Made by a program: the position numbers and the translations under genes. The notes beneath the pieces are model-generated. The model was not told the DNA's origin and searched no databases. It was given only the letters and a program-made list of their open reading frames with translations. From the NCBI GenBank assembly GCA_048268245.1, contig JBLWVX010000034.1, positions 1 to 27,728 on the forward strand: 27,728 nt of DNA, in the 5' to 3' direction. Below, one piece after another: positions 18,810 through 26,932 of the stretch. The stretch is from Arcobacteraceae bacterium. Its GTDB lineage: Bacteria > Campylobacterota > Campylobacteria > Campylobacterales > Arcobacteraceae. Positions within the stretch are counted from its first letter, which is position 1; each line of letters begins with the position of its first letter.

Positions 18810-20084
18810 TTACACCTCCAGTAAGAAAGCTGCACCTTGACCACCACCAATACATAGTGTTGCTAAGGCTTTTTTAGCTTTTCTTCTTCTAAGTTCTTTA
18901 AGTGCTGTTAAAACTATTCTTGCTCCACTCATACCAACAGGGTGACCAAGAGCAATAGCTCCACCATTGATGTTTAAAATTGATTCATCAATTTGTCCAA
19001 TTGCCTCACTTCCAAAAGTTTTTTTGCAAAAGCTTTTTGATTTGAAAGCTTCAAGATTTGCTATTACTTGTGCTGCAAAAGCTTCGTTTATTTCGATTAC
19101 ATCAATATCTTTTAAAGAAGTGCCTGTTTTATCAAAAAGCTTTTTAGTTGCATAAACAGGTCCTAATCCCATTCTTGAAGCTTCTAATCCTGCATAAGAA
19201 TAGTCACTTATAAATCCAAGTGGTTCAAGATTTAACTCTTTTGCTTTTGATTCCGTAGTAACTATTAAGCTACAAGCTCCATCTGATACTTGGGATGAAT
19301 TACCTGCTGTAACTGTTCCACTTACTCTATCAAAGATAGGTCTTAGTTTTTGAAGACTTTGCATGTTTTGATTAAATCTTACTCCATCATCATCAATAAT
19401 TGAAGCATCTTTTGTCATGATAGGGTGAATCTCATCTTTTAATACACCATCTTCTATAGCTTTTTGAGCTTTGAGATGAGAATTTAATGCATATTCATCT
19501 TGAGCTAACCTACTTATTTTAAACTCATTAGCTAGATTTTCAGCAGTAATTCCCATAATTCTTCCTGAAATTGGGTCTGTTAATCCTGAGATTAAACCAA
19601 TCACAGGTTTTAAAAAGCTTGGTCTAAAAGTTCCTAATATTTTCAGTTTCTCTTGGAAACTTCTAGCATAAGTTAGTTTTGTAATAAGTCTTCTTAATTT
19701 ATCACTATGAAGTAGAGGAATATTACTCATAGATTCAACTCCACCTGCTAGGTATAAATCACCTTGGTTTGTTTGAATCTTTTCAATTGCTGATGAAATT
19801 GCTTGCATTCCAGAAGCACAGTTTCTATGAACTGTATATGCAATTGTACTTTGAGGGAAACCAGCTTTTATAGCTAAGACTCTTGCTATGTTTGCTGCGT
19901 TTGCTGGTTGTGCTACGTTTCCTATTATTACTTCATCAAAAAGTTTGTAATCAAGATTGTTTCTACTTACAAGCTCTTTTGTAATAATAGCTCCTAATGT
20001 ATCCGCACTTACTAAATCTAATTTGCCATTTGCTTTAGCTATAGGACTTCTAAGTCCGTCTATTATTGCTATTCTTTCTTTCAT
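18810..20084 (-). CDS. Acetyl-CoA C-acyltransferase (3-ketoacyl-CoA thiolase, FadA/FadI type)
   Basis: NCASG, NEAF, GHPVG, CIGGGQG motifs. AGGAG SD. Confidence 0.95.
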   Translation of the reverse strand: MKERIAIIDGLRSPIAKANGKLDLVSADTLGAIITKELVSRNNLDYKLFDEVIIGNVAQPANAANIARVLAIKAGFPQSTIAYTVHRNCASGMQAISSAIEKIQTNQGDLYLAGGVESMSNIPLLHSDKLRRLITKLTYARSFQEKLKILGTFRPSFLKPVIGLISGLTDPISGRIMGITAENLANEFKISRLAQDEYALNSHLKAQKAIEDGVLKDEIHPIMTKDASIIDDDGVRFNQNMQSLQKLRPIFDRVSGTVTAGNSSQVSDGACSLIVTTESKAKELNLEPLGFISDYSYAGLEASRMGLGPVYATKKLFDKTGTSLKDIDVIEINEAFAAQVIANLEAFKSKSFCKKTFGSEAIGQIDESILNINGGAIALGHPVGMSGARIVLTALKELRRRKAKKALATLCIGGGQGAAFLLEV

Positions 20085-20094
20085 GATGGCTCTC

Positions 20095-21828
20095 CTAATA
20101 CATACTGTTTATGTCATTTTCATACTTTTGTTCAATCACGGCTCTACAAACTTTCATTGAAGGAGTTAATTCTCCTGTTTCAATTGAAATATCATTTGTT
20201 ATTAATTTGTATTGAACTACTTTCTCCCATTGATTTAAGTCTTTATTTACTTCTTTGATATAATTATTTATTTTAGAAGTAATTTTTTCATTATTATAAT
20301 ACTCTTGTATTGTTAAGTGTTTATTTAGTCTTTTTGCTTCATTAAAAATCTCCTTATCTACAAAAAGTAGGGCAGTTGTGTACTTTCTATTATTTGCTAT
20401 TACTACAGCAAACTCAATGTATTTATTTTTTGCTAATTTTTGTTCTATTTTCACAGCCGCTACATATTCTCCTGTTGATGTTTTAAAAACTTCTTTTTTT
20501 CTACTAGTGATATATAAATAGCCTTGTTCATCTACTCTTGCTATATCGCCTGTATGTAACCACCCTTGATTATCAATAGTTTCATTAGTTAGTTTTTCTT
20601 GATTTAAATAGCCTTTCATTAAAGAAGGGCCTTTTACTAATAGTTCGCCTTCTTGGGAAATCTTAATTGTAGCACTTGGAATTACTCTTCCTGAAGAGCC
20701 TAATTTATTGTTATTTGGATAGTTTGTAGAAATAACTGGTGAAAACTCTGTAAGTCCATAACCTTGGTAAATAGGTACACCAATATTATTAAAAAATACT
20801 GCTATATCTTTTGGAAGTGCAGCCCCTCCACTTACAAGTTTAGTAATTCTTAATCCAAAAATTTCTCTAAATTTACTATAAACAACTTTATCGAAAATCG
20901 TAAAATAAAAGCTATCTTTATTCATATTTTCATCTTGAGCATATTCAAAAGCCTTTGAGGCTAAAATCCTACTAATAAAAGGTTTACTTGAAATATTTGT
21001 TTGAATCTTGTTATAAATTTTTTCAAGTAGTCTTGGAACAGCAGTCATAATAGTAGGTTTTACCACTTTTAATAAATTTGCTACATTTGTAATCTCATCT
21101 ACAAAATATATGCTAATTCCTCTACTTAAATAGTAGCTCATCACCGTTCGCTCAAAAATATGAGCTAATGGTAAAAGGGACAAGGCTGTTTCATTTTGAT
21201 TTAGTGATATGAGCGTATTTATATCATGAAGTTGTGAAGCTATGTTTTTATGTGTAAGCATTACACCTTTTGGGGTACCTGTATTTCCACTTGTATAAAT
21301 AACTGAAAAAACTTCATCTTCATCTGGAATATGTGGTTCAAAACCTTTTGAATCACATATTTGTTGACCTATTACTAAAATATCATCAATATTAAAAAAT
21401 CTATCTTCTTTTATACAAAAGTTGTGAGTAATAAAAACAAGTTCACTATTTTCATCCTCTATATCTTTTATTCTTTCTTCATTATCAATAAAAATATATT
21501 TTATATTTGCATCTTCTATTTCAAAATTTAGATTTTTTGAAGATATATTTGCAAAGATAGGAACACTAATTGCTCCTACTTCATGTATAGCAAAATCAAA
21601 GATTAGCCAAAAAGGTGAGGAGCTCGCAAAAATAGCAACAGTATCACCTTTTTTAACTCCTAAATCTTTTAAAGCTAAACTTAAACATACTACTTTATTT
21701 TTAAAGGTTTCAATTGAGATAGACTTATATTTATTATTTTCTAAATAGTTTAGAAAAGTCTCATTTTTATAATTATTTGTGATGTGAGAAAATAGCTCAC
21801 TGTAAGTTTTAAAATTATAAGAATCCAT
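20095..21828 (-). CDS. fadD: Long-chain fatty acyl-CoA synthetase (AMP-dependent)
   Basis: YTSGNTGTPKG, LPLAHIFER, GYGLTE, WLHTGD motifs. AAAGGA-TACACT-ATG supports a start at 21828 rather than 21846. Confidence 0.92.
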   Translation of the reverse strand: MDSYNFKTYSELFSHITNNYKNETFLNYLENNKYKSISIETFKNKVVCLSLALKDLGVKKGDTVAIFASSSPFWLIFDFAIHEVGAISVPIFANISSKNLNFEIEDANIKYIFIDNEERIKDIEDENSELVFITHNFCIKEDRFFNIDDILVIGQQICDSKGFEPHIPDEDEVFSVIYTSGNTGTPKGVMLTHKNIASQLHDINTLISLNQNETALSLLPLAHIFERTVMSYYLSRGISIYFVDEITNVANLLKVVKPTIMTAVPRLLEKIYNKIQTNISSKPFISRILASKAFEYAQDENMNKDSFYFTIFDKVVYSKFREIFGLRITKLVSGGAALPKDIAVFFNNIGVPIYQGYGLTEFSPVISTNYPNNNKLGSSGRVIPSATIKISQEGELLVKGPSLMKGYLNQEKLTNETIDNQGWLHTGDIARVDEQGYLYITSRKKEVFKTSTGEYVAAVKIEQKLAKNKYIEFAVVIANNRKYTTALLFVDKEIFNEAKRLNKHLTIQEYYNNEKITSKINNYIKEVNKDLNQWEKVVQYKLITNDISIETGELTPSMKVCRAVIEQKYENDINSMY

Positions 21829-21860
21829 AGTGTATCCTTTCACCAATGAATATTTAAACT

Positions 21861-21869
21861 ATTGTACCA
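21861..21869 (-). promoter_or_regulatory. Extended -10 promoter of the fad operon
   Basis: TGGTACAAT on the minus strand ending 32 nt upstream of the fadD ATG. Confidence 0.5.
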
Positions 21870-21990
21870 TTAAAATTAAAAAAATATGAAAATAATTTTT
21901 TTAATATAGAAATTTTATTATTTCTTAAGAAATCACATATTAAACAAAAAAGTTGTAATATTCCTTCAAAAAATTAGTATTTCAACTGCT

Positions 21991-22693
21991 ATGTCTTTTT
22001 TTGTTGCTTCCTTTATTGGAATTACTGGATTATTTGGCTATCACTTTTTTTACTTTTTAGCTATGAAAAATGCACCTGCAGTAGAAGCAAATCTTTTAAA
22101 CTATTTATGACCTTTGCTAATTGTAGTTTTTTCTGCATTATTACCAAATGAAAAACTTAAGTGGTATCATATTTTAGGGACATTACTTGGTTTAGCAGGA
22201 GCTTTTCTTTTACTTTCAAAAGATGGGAGTTTTAATTTTGAAGTTCAGTATATGTGGGGATATGTGTTTGCTTTAATTGCAGCATTAACATGGTCTTCAT
22301 ACTCTGTTATTTCAAGAACTCTATCTCATATACCAACGCTGTAATCGGTTTTTGTATAGCAACAGTTCTTTTTTCAACTCTGTGTCATTTAATTTTTGAA
22401 GTAACTGTTATTCTTTCATTTTTAGAGCTTTTAGGTGCTTTAATGTTAGGCTTAGGACCAATAGGAGGAGCTTTTTATCTTTGGGATTATGGTGTTAAGA
22501 ATGCTGATATCAAACTACTTGGTTCAATTTCATATTTTACACCTTTATTATCTATTTTACTATTAGTATTTTTAGGTTATGCAAATTTTACTTTAGGGAT
22601 AGTTTTAGCATGTTTTTTATTGTTTTAGGCTCTTTTGAAAGTTCAGCACAATATCTAAAGTTGATAAAAAACTTATTATTTAATAGAAAATAA
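21991..22693 (+). pseudogene. Degraded EamA/DMT (YddG-like) transporter
   Basis: GLFGYHFFYFLAMKNAPAVEANLLNYL*PLLIV with in-frame TGA at 22108-22110 where the family has Trp. Frameshifts near 22336 and 22618, missing N-terminus, original stop likely TAA 22691-22693. Confidence 0.88.
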
Positions 22694-22706
22694 AAGGAAT
22701 ATCCTT

Positions 22707-22961
22707 TTATTTATCTAATCTCATTTCATCTAAAGCTTCGATAATTTCAATAGCTTCATCTTCTTCTATATCATTGTTATCTAAATCTTCAACAAGTTTA
22801 TCAAAGAATTTTTTCATTTCTTTTAATTCTTCAAACTCTTCCTTATCATCACTCGTTGCTTTCCATGACTGAGTAATATTTGCAAGTTCTAGTAAACTTT
22901 CATCAAGTTCAGGAATAAACTCTTCTTTAAGTATTTTTTCTAATTTTTCAATATTTGACAT
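22707..22961 (-). CDS. Small acidic helical hypothetical protein
   Basis: 84-aa ORF, AGGA SD, upstream TGCTATAAT, native-looking codon usage. Confidence 0.8.
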   Translation of the reverse strand: MSNIEKLEKILKEEFIPELDESLLELANITQSWKATSDDKEEFEELKEMKKFFDKLVEDLDNNDIEEDEAIEIIEALDEMRLDK

Positions 22962-23028
22962 GATATATCCTAATTTTTTTGAGATTATAGCAAAAATAGC
23001 TTTATTTCTAAAGAAGTTGTCATAAGTA

Positions 23029-24375
23029 TTATTCCTTAATATCTAATTTATTTTTCAATATTTTAATATCGCTTGTACTTGCTATAATTTTTCTATTTTT
23101 AATTGCTTCATCATATAAATTTATTAGTTCTATAATATCTTTTTCAAATAAGATATTTTTTTCCTTTGCATTACTTACAGTTTGTACTATTTTATTTATA
23201 AGTAATTTGGATTTTATATTAGATACTCGTTCTATTAAAAAAAATGACTGTGCATTAGTTGGTTCTTTAATAAGCTCATTCCAAAAATAATTCATTGCTT
23301 CAGTAATCCCAAATACACTTTTTTCAAATCTTACAGCTGAGAGATAAACTTCTAACTGATCATTTTTAGAAATTATTCTATTAAACCATATTGCTAACAT
23401 TATTTCTATAATTTTTCTTCTATAAGTTTTATTTAAGTCTTGAATAAATAAAGTTCTTACAATTTGTTGTGTAATTGTTGAACCTCCTGCCTTTGATGTA
23501 CCATTAAGTATGCTTTTTAAACCTCTTGCTAATCCTTTGAAGCTTACCCCTATATGATTTTTAAATTCTTTATCTTCAATAAAAATCAATATGGTTTTTA
23601 AGTTATTTAAATTTATATTTTGACGATTTGTTTCATATCTTGCTAGTTTTGCCCTATATATAACGTACTCAAAATTATTGACTAAATTTAAATTTATTAT
23701 TTTAGAAATATTTTTTGTAAAAATATAAAGAGGTTTTTCATGTATATCAAGTAAAGCCATTCTATAAATATACATATAGAATATAAAAAGTATAAGAAAC
23801 ATTATAATTGTAAAGTAATTTATAAAAGAGTTATCTATTGGTTTTAGAGTTATTATTAAAATAACAATTACTATACTTGATATGATAGATAAAATATAAA
23901 ATGGATAAGCTACATATGTAGACCATCCAGGAAATAGTTTTACTGATAAAGGCTGATCTGCTCCTTCAATACGCCATTTAGGTAGTATTAATTGAATAGT
24001 TCCATATGTTATTCCTAGCATTCTTCTTAATATTATAACTTTCCTAGTAGCAAATAATATAGATTTTTGTCGGTCTGCAAAATATTTTAATGTAATACTA
24101 GTGAAAAACATTATTAGTAAAATAATAAAAGTAATTACAAATTCAGTTGATAAGGTATTTTTAAATAAATTTGATATTTTTTCATTATAACTTACTATAA
24201 GGGATCCAACTGCTGTACTAAATATTAAGGTTATATTTGAAGCATTAATAAAGATACGTTCTTCCGATTCAAGTAATTTAGATGAAACTTTGTACTCTTC
24301 TAAAGCAATATCTCGATCGTTAAATGTATAAGTAGGAAAATGTTGTTTCCATTCACTATTTAAATCTTTTTCTAT
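23029..24375 (-). CDS. 4-TM membrane domain fused to a GT51 (peptidoglycan transglycosylase-like) domain; 448 aa if started at ATA 24375
   Basis: GT51 motifs IEDKEFKNHIG, GGSTITQQ, RRKIIE, KNDQLEVYL. The frame is open from 24405, and AAAGGA SD at 24388-24383 lies 7 nt before ATA 24375. Confidence 0.8.
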   Translation of the reverse strand: MEKDLNSEWKQHFPTYTFNDRDIALEEYKVSSKLLESEERIFINASNITLIFSTAVGSLIVSYNEKISNLFKNTLSTEFVITFIILLIMFFTSITLKYFADRQKSILFATRKVIILRRMLGITYGTIQLILPKWRIEGADQPLSVKLFPGWSTYVAYPFYILSIISSIVIVILIITLKPIDNSFINYFTIIMFLILFIFYMYIYRMALLDIHEKPLYIFTKNISKIINLNLVNNFEYVIYRAKLARYETNRQNINLNNLKTILIFIEDKEFKNHIGVSFKGLARGLKSILNGTSKAGGSTITQQIVRTLFIQDLNKTYRRKIIEIMLAIWFNRIISKNDQLEVYLSAVRFEKSVFGITEAMNYFWNELIKEPTNAQSFFLIERVSNIKSKLLINKIVQTVSNAKEKNILFEKDIIELINLYDEAIKNRKIIASTSDIKILKNKLDIKE

Positions 24376-24580
24376 AGTGTAATCCTTTATGTTTAAATTT
24401 ATAATTTATTAATTATATATTAAATAACTTAAGAGTTCTATTTTTATTTATTGTGAAAAATATTGCTATTGATAACAGCTTAAAAAAATATATTATATGA
24501 ATTAAGAGTTATTTAAATCTCTATTATATATAATGATAATTAATATCATAAAAGGAAAATAGGATGAAACTCTTATAATA

Positions 24581-24730
24581 ATGTTAATATGTATCTTAGT
24601 TGTTGGTATAAGTTCATTAGTTCTTGTAGTAAAATTGGATAAATTTTTAAATGTTCAGAACTTATATCTTAATAGAAATGAAAATAAAAATAAATCTTTT
24701 AAAAAGGATAGTTTATGCAATATAGAATAG
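24581..24730 (+). CDS. Possible small single-TM protein (49 aa), possibly with a frameshifted start
   Basis: [49 protein letters not shown]. Hydrophobic N-terminus, overlaps the fumC start by 16 nt. Confidence 0.3.
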   Translation: MLICILVVGISSLVLVVKLDKFLNVQNLYLNRNENKNKSFKKDSLCNIE

Positions 24731-26112
24731 AAAAAGACACGATGGGTGAAATGCAAGTACCAAATGATAAGTATTGGGGTGCTCAAACTCAAAGAAGCGT
24801 AGAAAACTTTCCAATTGGTGAAGAAAAAATGCCAAAAGAAATAATTGAGGGTTTTGCATATCTTAAAAAAGCTTGTGCATTGGTAAACAATAGTCTTGAC
24901 AGATTAGATAAAGAAAAAACAGATGCTATTTCTCAAGCTTGTGATGAAGTAATTGATGGTAGGCTAGGTGGAAACTTTCCTTTAGTTGTTTGGCAAACAG
25001 GTTCAGGAACACAATCAAATATGAATATAAATGAAGTTGTAGCAAATAGAGCTAGTGAAATTTTAGGATGTGATTTTAGAGTAGATAAAAAAGTTCATCC
25101 AAATGATGATGTAAATAAAGGTCAAAGCTCAAATGATACATATCCTACAGCTATGAGAATTGCTTTTGTTTTGGATTTACAAAAAAGATTGATCCCTGCC
25201 ATAAACAAATTAAAACTTACATTTGAAAATAAAGTAAAAGAGTTTGAAGATATTGTAAAAATAGGAAGAACTCATTTACAAGATGCTACACCACTTACTT
25301 TAGGGCAAGAAATATCAGCTTATGTTGATATGCTTGATAAAGCAATAATGCAAATTGATGATGCTATGAAGTATATAGTAGAACTTGCTATTGGAGGTAC
25401 TGCTGTTGGAACTGGACTTAACTCTCATCCTGACTTCTCACCAATGGTATCAGAAGTTTTAAACAATCTTACAAATACAAAATATAAGTTTAAATCCCAT
25501 CCAAATAAATTTCATGCCCTAACAGCTCATGATGGTGAAGTTGTATTAAGTGGAGTTTTAAACGCTCTTGCCTCAAATTTAATGAAAATAGCAAATGATA
25601 TTAGATGGCTTTCATCAGGTCCTAGATGTGGAATAGGTGAAATAAGTATTCCTGAAAATGAGCCAGGAAGTTCAATTATGCCTGGAAAAGTAAATCCAAC
25701 ACAAAGTGAAGCAATGACAATGGTTGCTGTTCAAGTTATGGGAAATCATACAACAGTAAGTGTTTCAGCATCTCAAGGTAACTTTGAATTAAATGTATTT
25801 AAACCAGTTATTGCTTTAAATATTTTGCAATCAATTAGACTATTAAGTGATACAATGCTTGCTTTTAATGATAAGTGTGCAGTTGGTATTGAAGCAAATA
25901 AGTTTAATATTGAAAAATATTTAAATGAGTCATTGATGTTAGTTACAGCTTTAAATCCATATATAGGTTATGAAAAAGCAGCACTAATAGCAAAAACTGC
26001 TCATAAAAATGGAACTTCGTTAAAAGAAGAAGCTATGAATTTAGGTATTTTAACTTATGCCCAGTTTGATAAGTATGTAAAACCTTATGAGATGATAAAA
26101 GCGAAAGTGTAA
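24715..26112 (+). CDS. fumC: Class II fumarate hydratase
   Basis: [62 protein letters not shown]. Confidence 0.96.
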   Translation: MQYRIEKDTMGEMQVPNDKYWGAQTQRSVENFPIGEEKMPKEIIEGFAYLKKACALVNNSLDRLDKEKTDAISQACDEVIDGRLGGNFPLVVWQTGSGTQSNMNINEVVANRASEILGCDFRVDKKVHPNDDVNKGQSSNDTYPTAMRIAFVLDLQKRLIPAINKLKLTFENKVKEFEDIVKIGRTHLQDATPLTLGQEISAYVDMLDKAIMQIDDAMKYIVELAIGGTAVGTGLNSHPDFSPMVSEVLNNLTNTKYKFKSHPNKFHALTAHDGEVVLSGVLNALASNLMKIANDIRWLSSGPRCGIGEISIPENEPGSSIMPGKVNPTQSEAMTMVAVQVMGNHTTVSVSASQGNFELNVFKPVIALNILQSIRLLSDTMLAFNDKCAVGIEANKFNIEKYLNESLMLVTALNPYIGYEKAALIAKTAHKNGTSLKEEAMNLGILTYAQFDKYVKPYEMIKAKV

Positions 26113-26120
26113 GAGAAATC

Positions 26121-26561
26121 TTACACTTTTATAACATAGATACCTTCAAAATCTACACAAGTTTGATTATCTTCAATTATTGAAGAGTTTATTTTTAAAG
26201 AAGCACTACCTTTTTCTTCTAGTTTTTTAGCTACTTTTTTTATTTCATCTTCTGATGGTTTGATTGTGTAGCAATATATATCTTTTGTAACAGGTTTTTT
26301 ATATGAGTTCTCATTTTTTATTACAACTATATTTTTACTATCAATATTTAACTCTTGAGAAATAAGCCAACACATACTCCATGATGAGATAATTGTCATA
26401 GTACTTAAACTACCACCAAAAGCTGTTCCCTTATCATTTATATTTATATCAAGTGGTGCTTTTGTGATTAGTTCTTTTTCATTATAATCTTCAATATTTA
26501 TTTTCATCAACTTTGTAAGTGGTATTTCATTATGTAGTTTATCTTGTAATTTTTTTATCAA
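26121..26561 (-). CDS. Stand-alone YiiD C-terminal-type hotdog-fold protein
   Basis: LHNEIPL, APLDININDKGTAFGGSL, YKKPV, FEGIY motifs. TTG start with AGGA SD. Confidence 0.8.
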   Translation of the reverse strand: MIKKLQDKLHNEIPLTKLMKINIEDYNEKELITKAPLDININDKGTAFGGSLSTMTIISSWSMCWLISQELNIDSKNIVVIKNENSYKKPVTKDIYCYTIKPSEDEIKKVAKKLEEKGSASLKINSSIIEDNQTCVDFEGIYVIKV

Positions 26562-26887
26562 AACTGTTCCTATTATAGTAATATGAATAAAATTATAGTC
26601 ATAAATACTTTAAATAATAGAAAATCTTGCTTTTACAATTTTTGTCATGTATAGCACAAAAGTTGTACAAAGCTAATAGAAACTAAAATTTAAGATTTAG
26701 AAGAAAATTATACAAATACTTAAAGAAATGTAAAGATAGCTTTGCTTTATTGCCCTAAAATACTATTTTTCACTAGTATAAGCTTTTAAATATAGCTTAA
26801 CAATAGCTGTTTTTGTAACTTTTATTTACATAAATTAAAACTTGTACAACAGTTTACAATTTTTGTACATACTAATTTTTTTGTTTA

Positions 26888-26896
26888 TGTTATAAT
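26888..26896 (+). promoter_or_regulatory. Extended -10 promoter of acnB
   Basis: TGTTATAAT, followed by AGGAG SD at 26921. Confidence 0.65.
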
Positions 26897-26932
26897 ATTT
26901 CCAAACTTTTTAAATCAAATAGGAGATAATAT

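Noticed and set aside
245..20160. Short opposite-strand ORFs in the track (245, 776, 2803, 5399, 10297, 10756, 13631, 15482, 18204, 18967, 19957)
   Set aside because: All lie antisense to well-supported genes, have Ser/Phe/Ile-rich shadow composition and show no recognisable motifs.
9090..21846. Longest-ORF starts at 9090, 18850 and 21846
   Set aside because: SD position and family N-termini favour 9120, 18808 and 21828.
22108..22110. In-frame TGA at a conserved Trp as possible recoding (TGA=Trp or selenocysteine)
   Set aside because: TGA is a normal stop for aspA and fadE, Trp is TGG elsewhere, and the same gene has additional frameshifts.
22114..22628. Two separate small membrane proteins (76 aa and 124 aa)
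   Set aside because: They are consecutive fragments of one frameshifted EamA gene.
22962..24560. Mobile-element signatures around the GT51 fusion gene
   Set aside because: No transposase, integrase, terminal inverted repeats or convincing target duplication. The short TTAAGAGTT repeat (24429, 24502) is expected by chance in AT-rich DNA.
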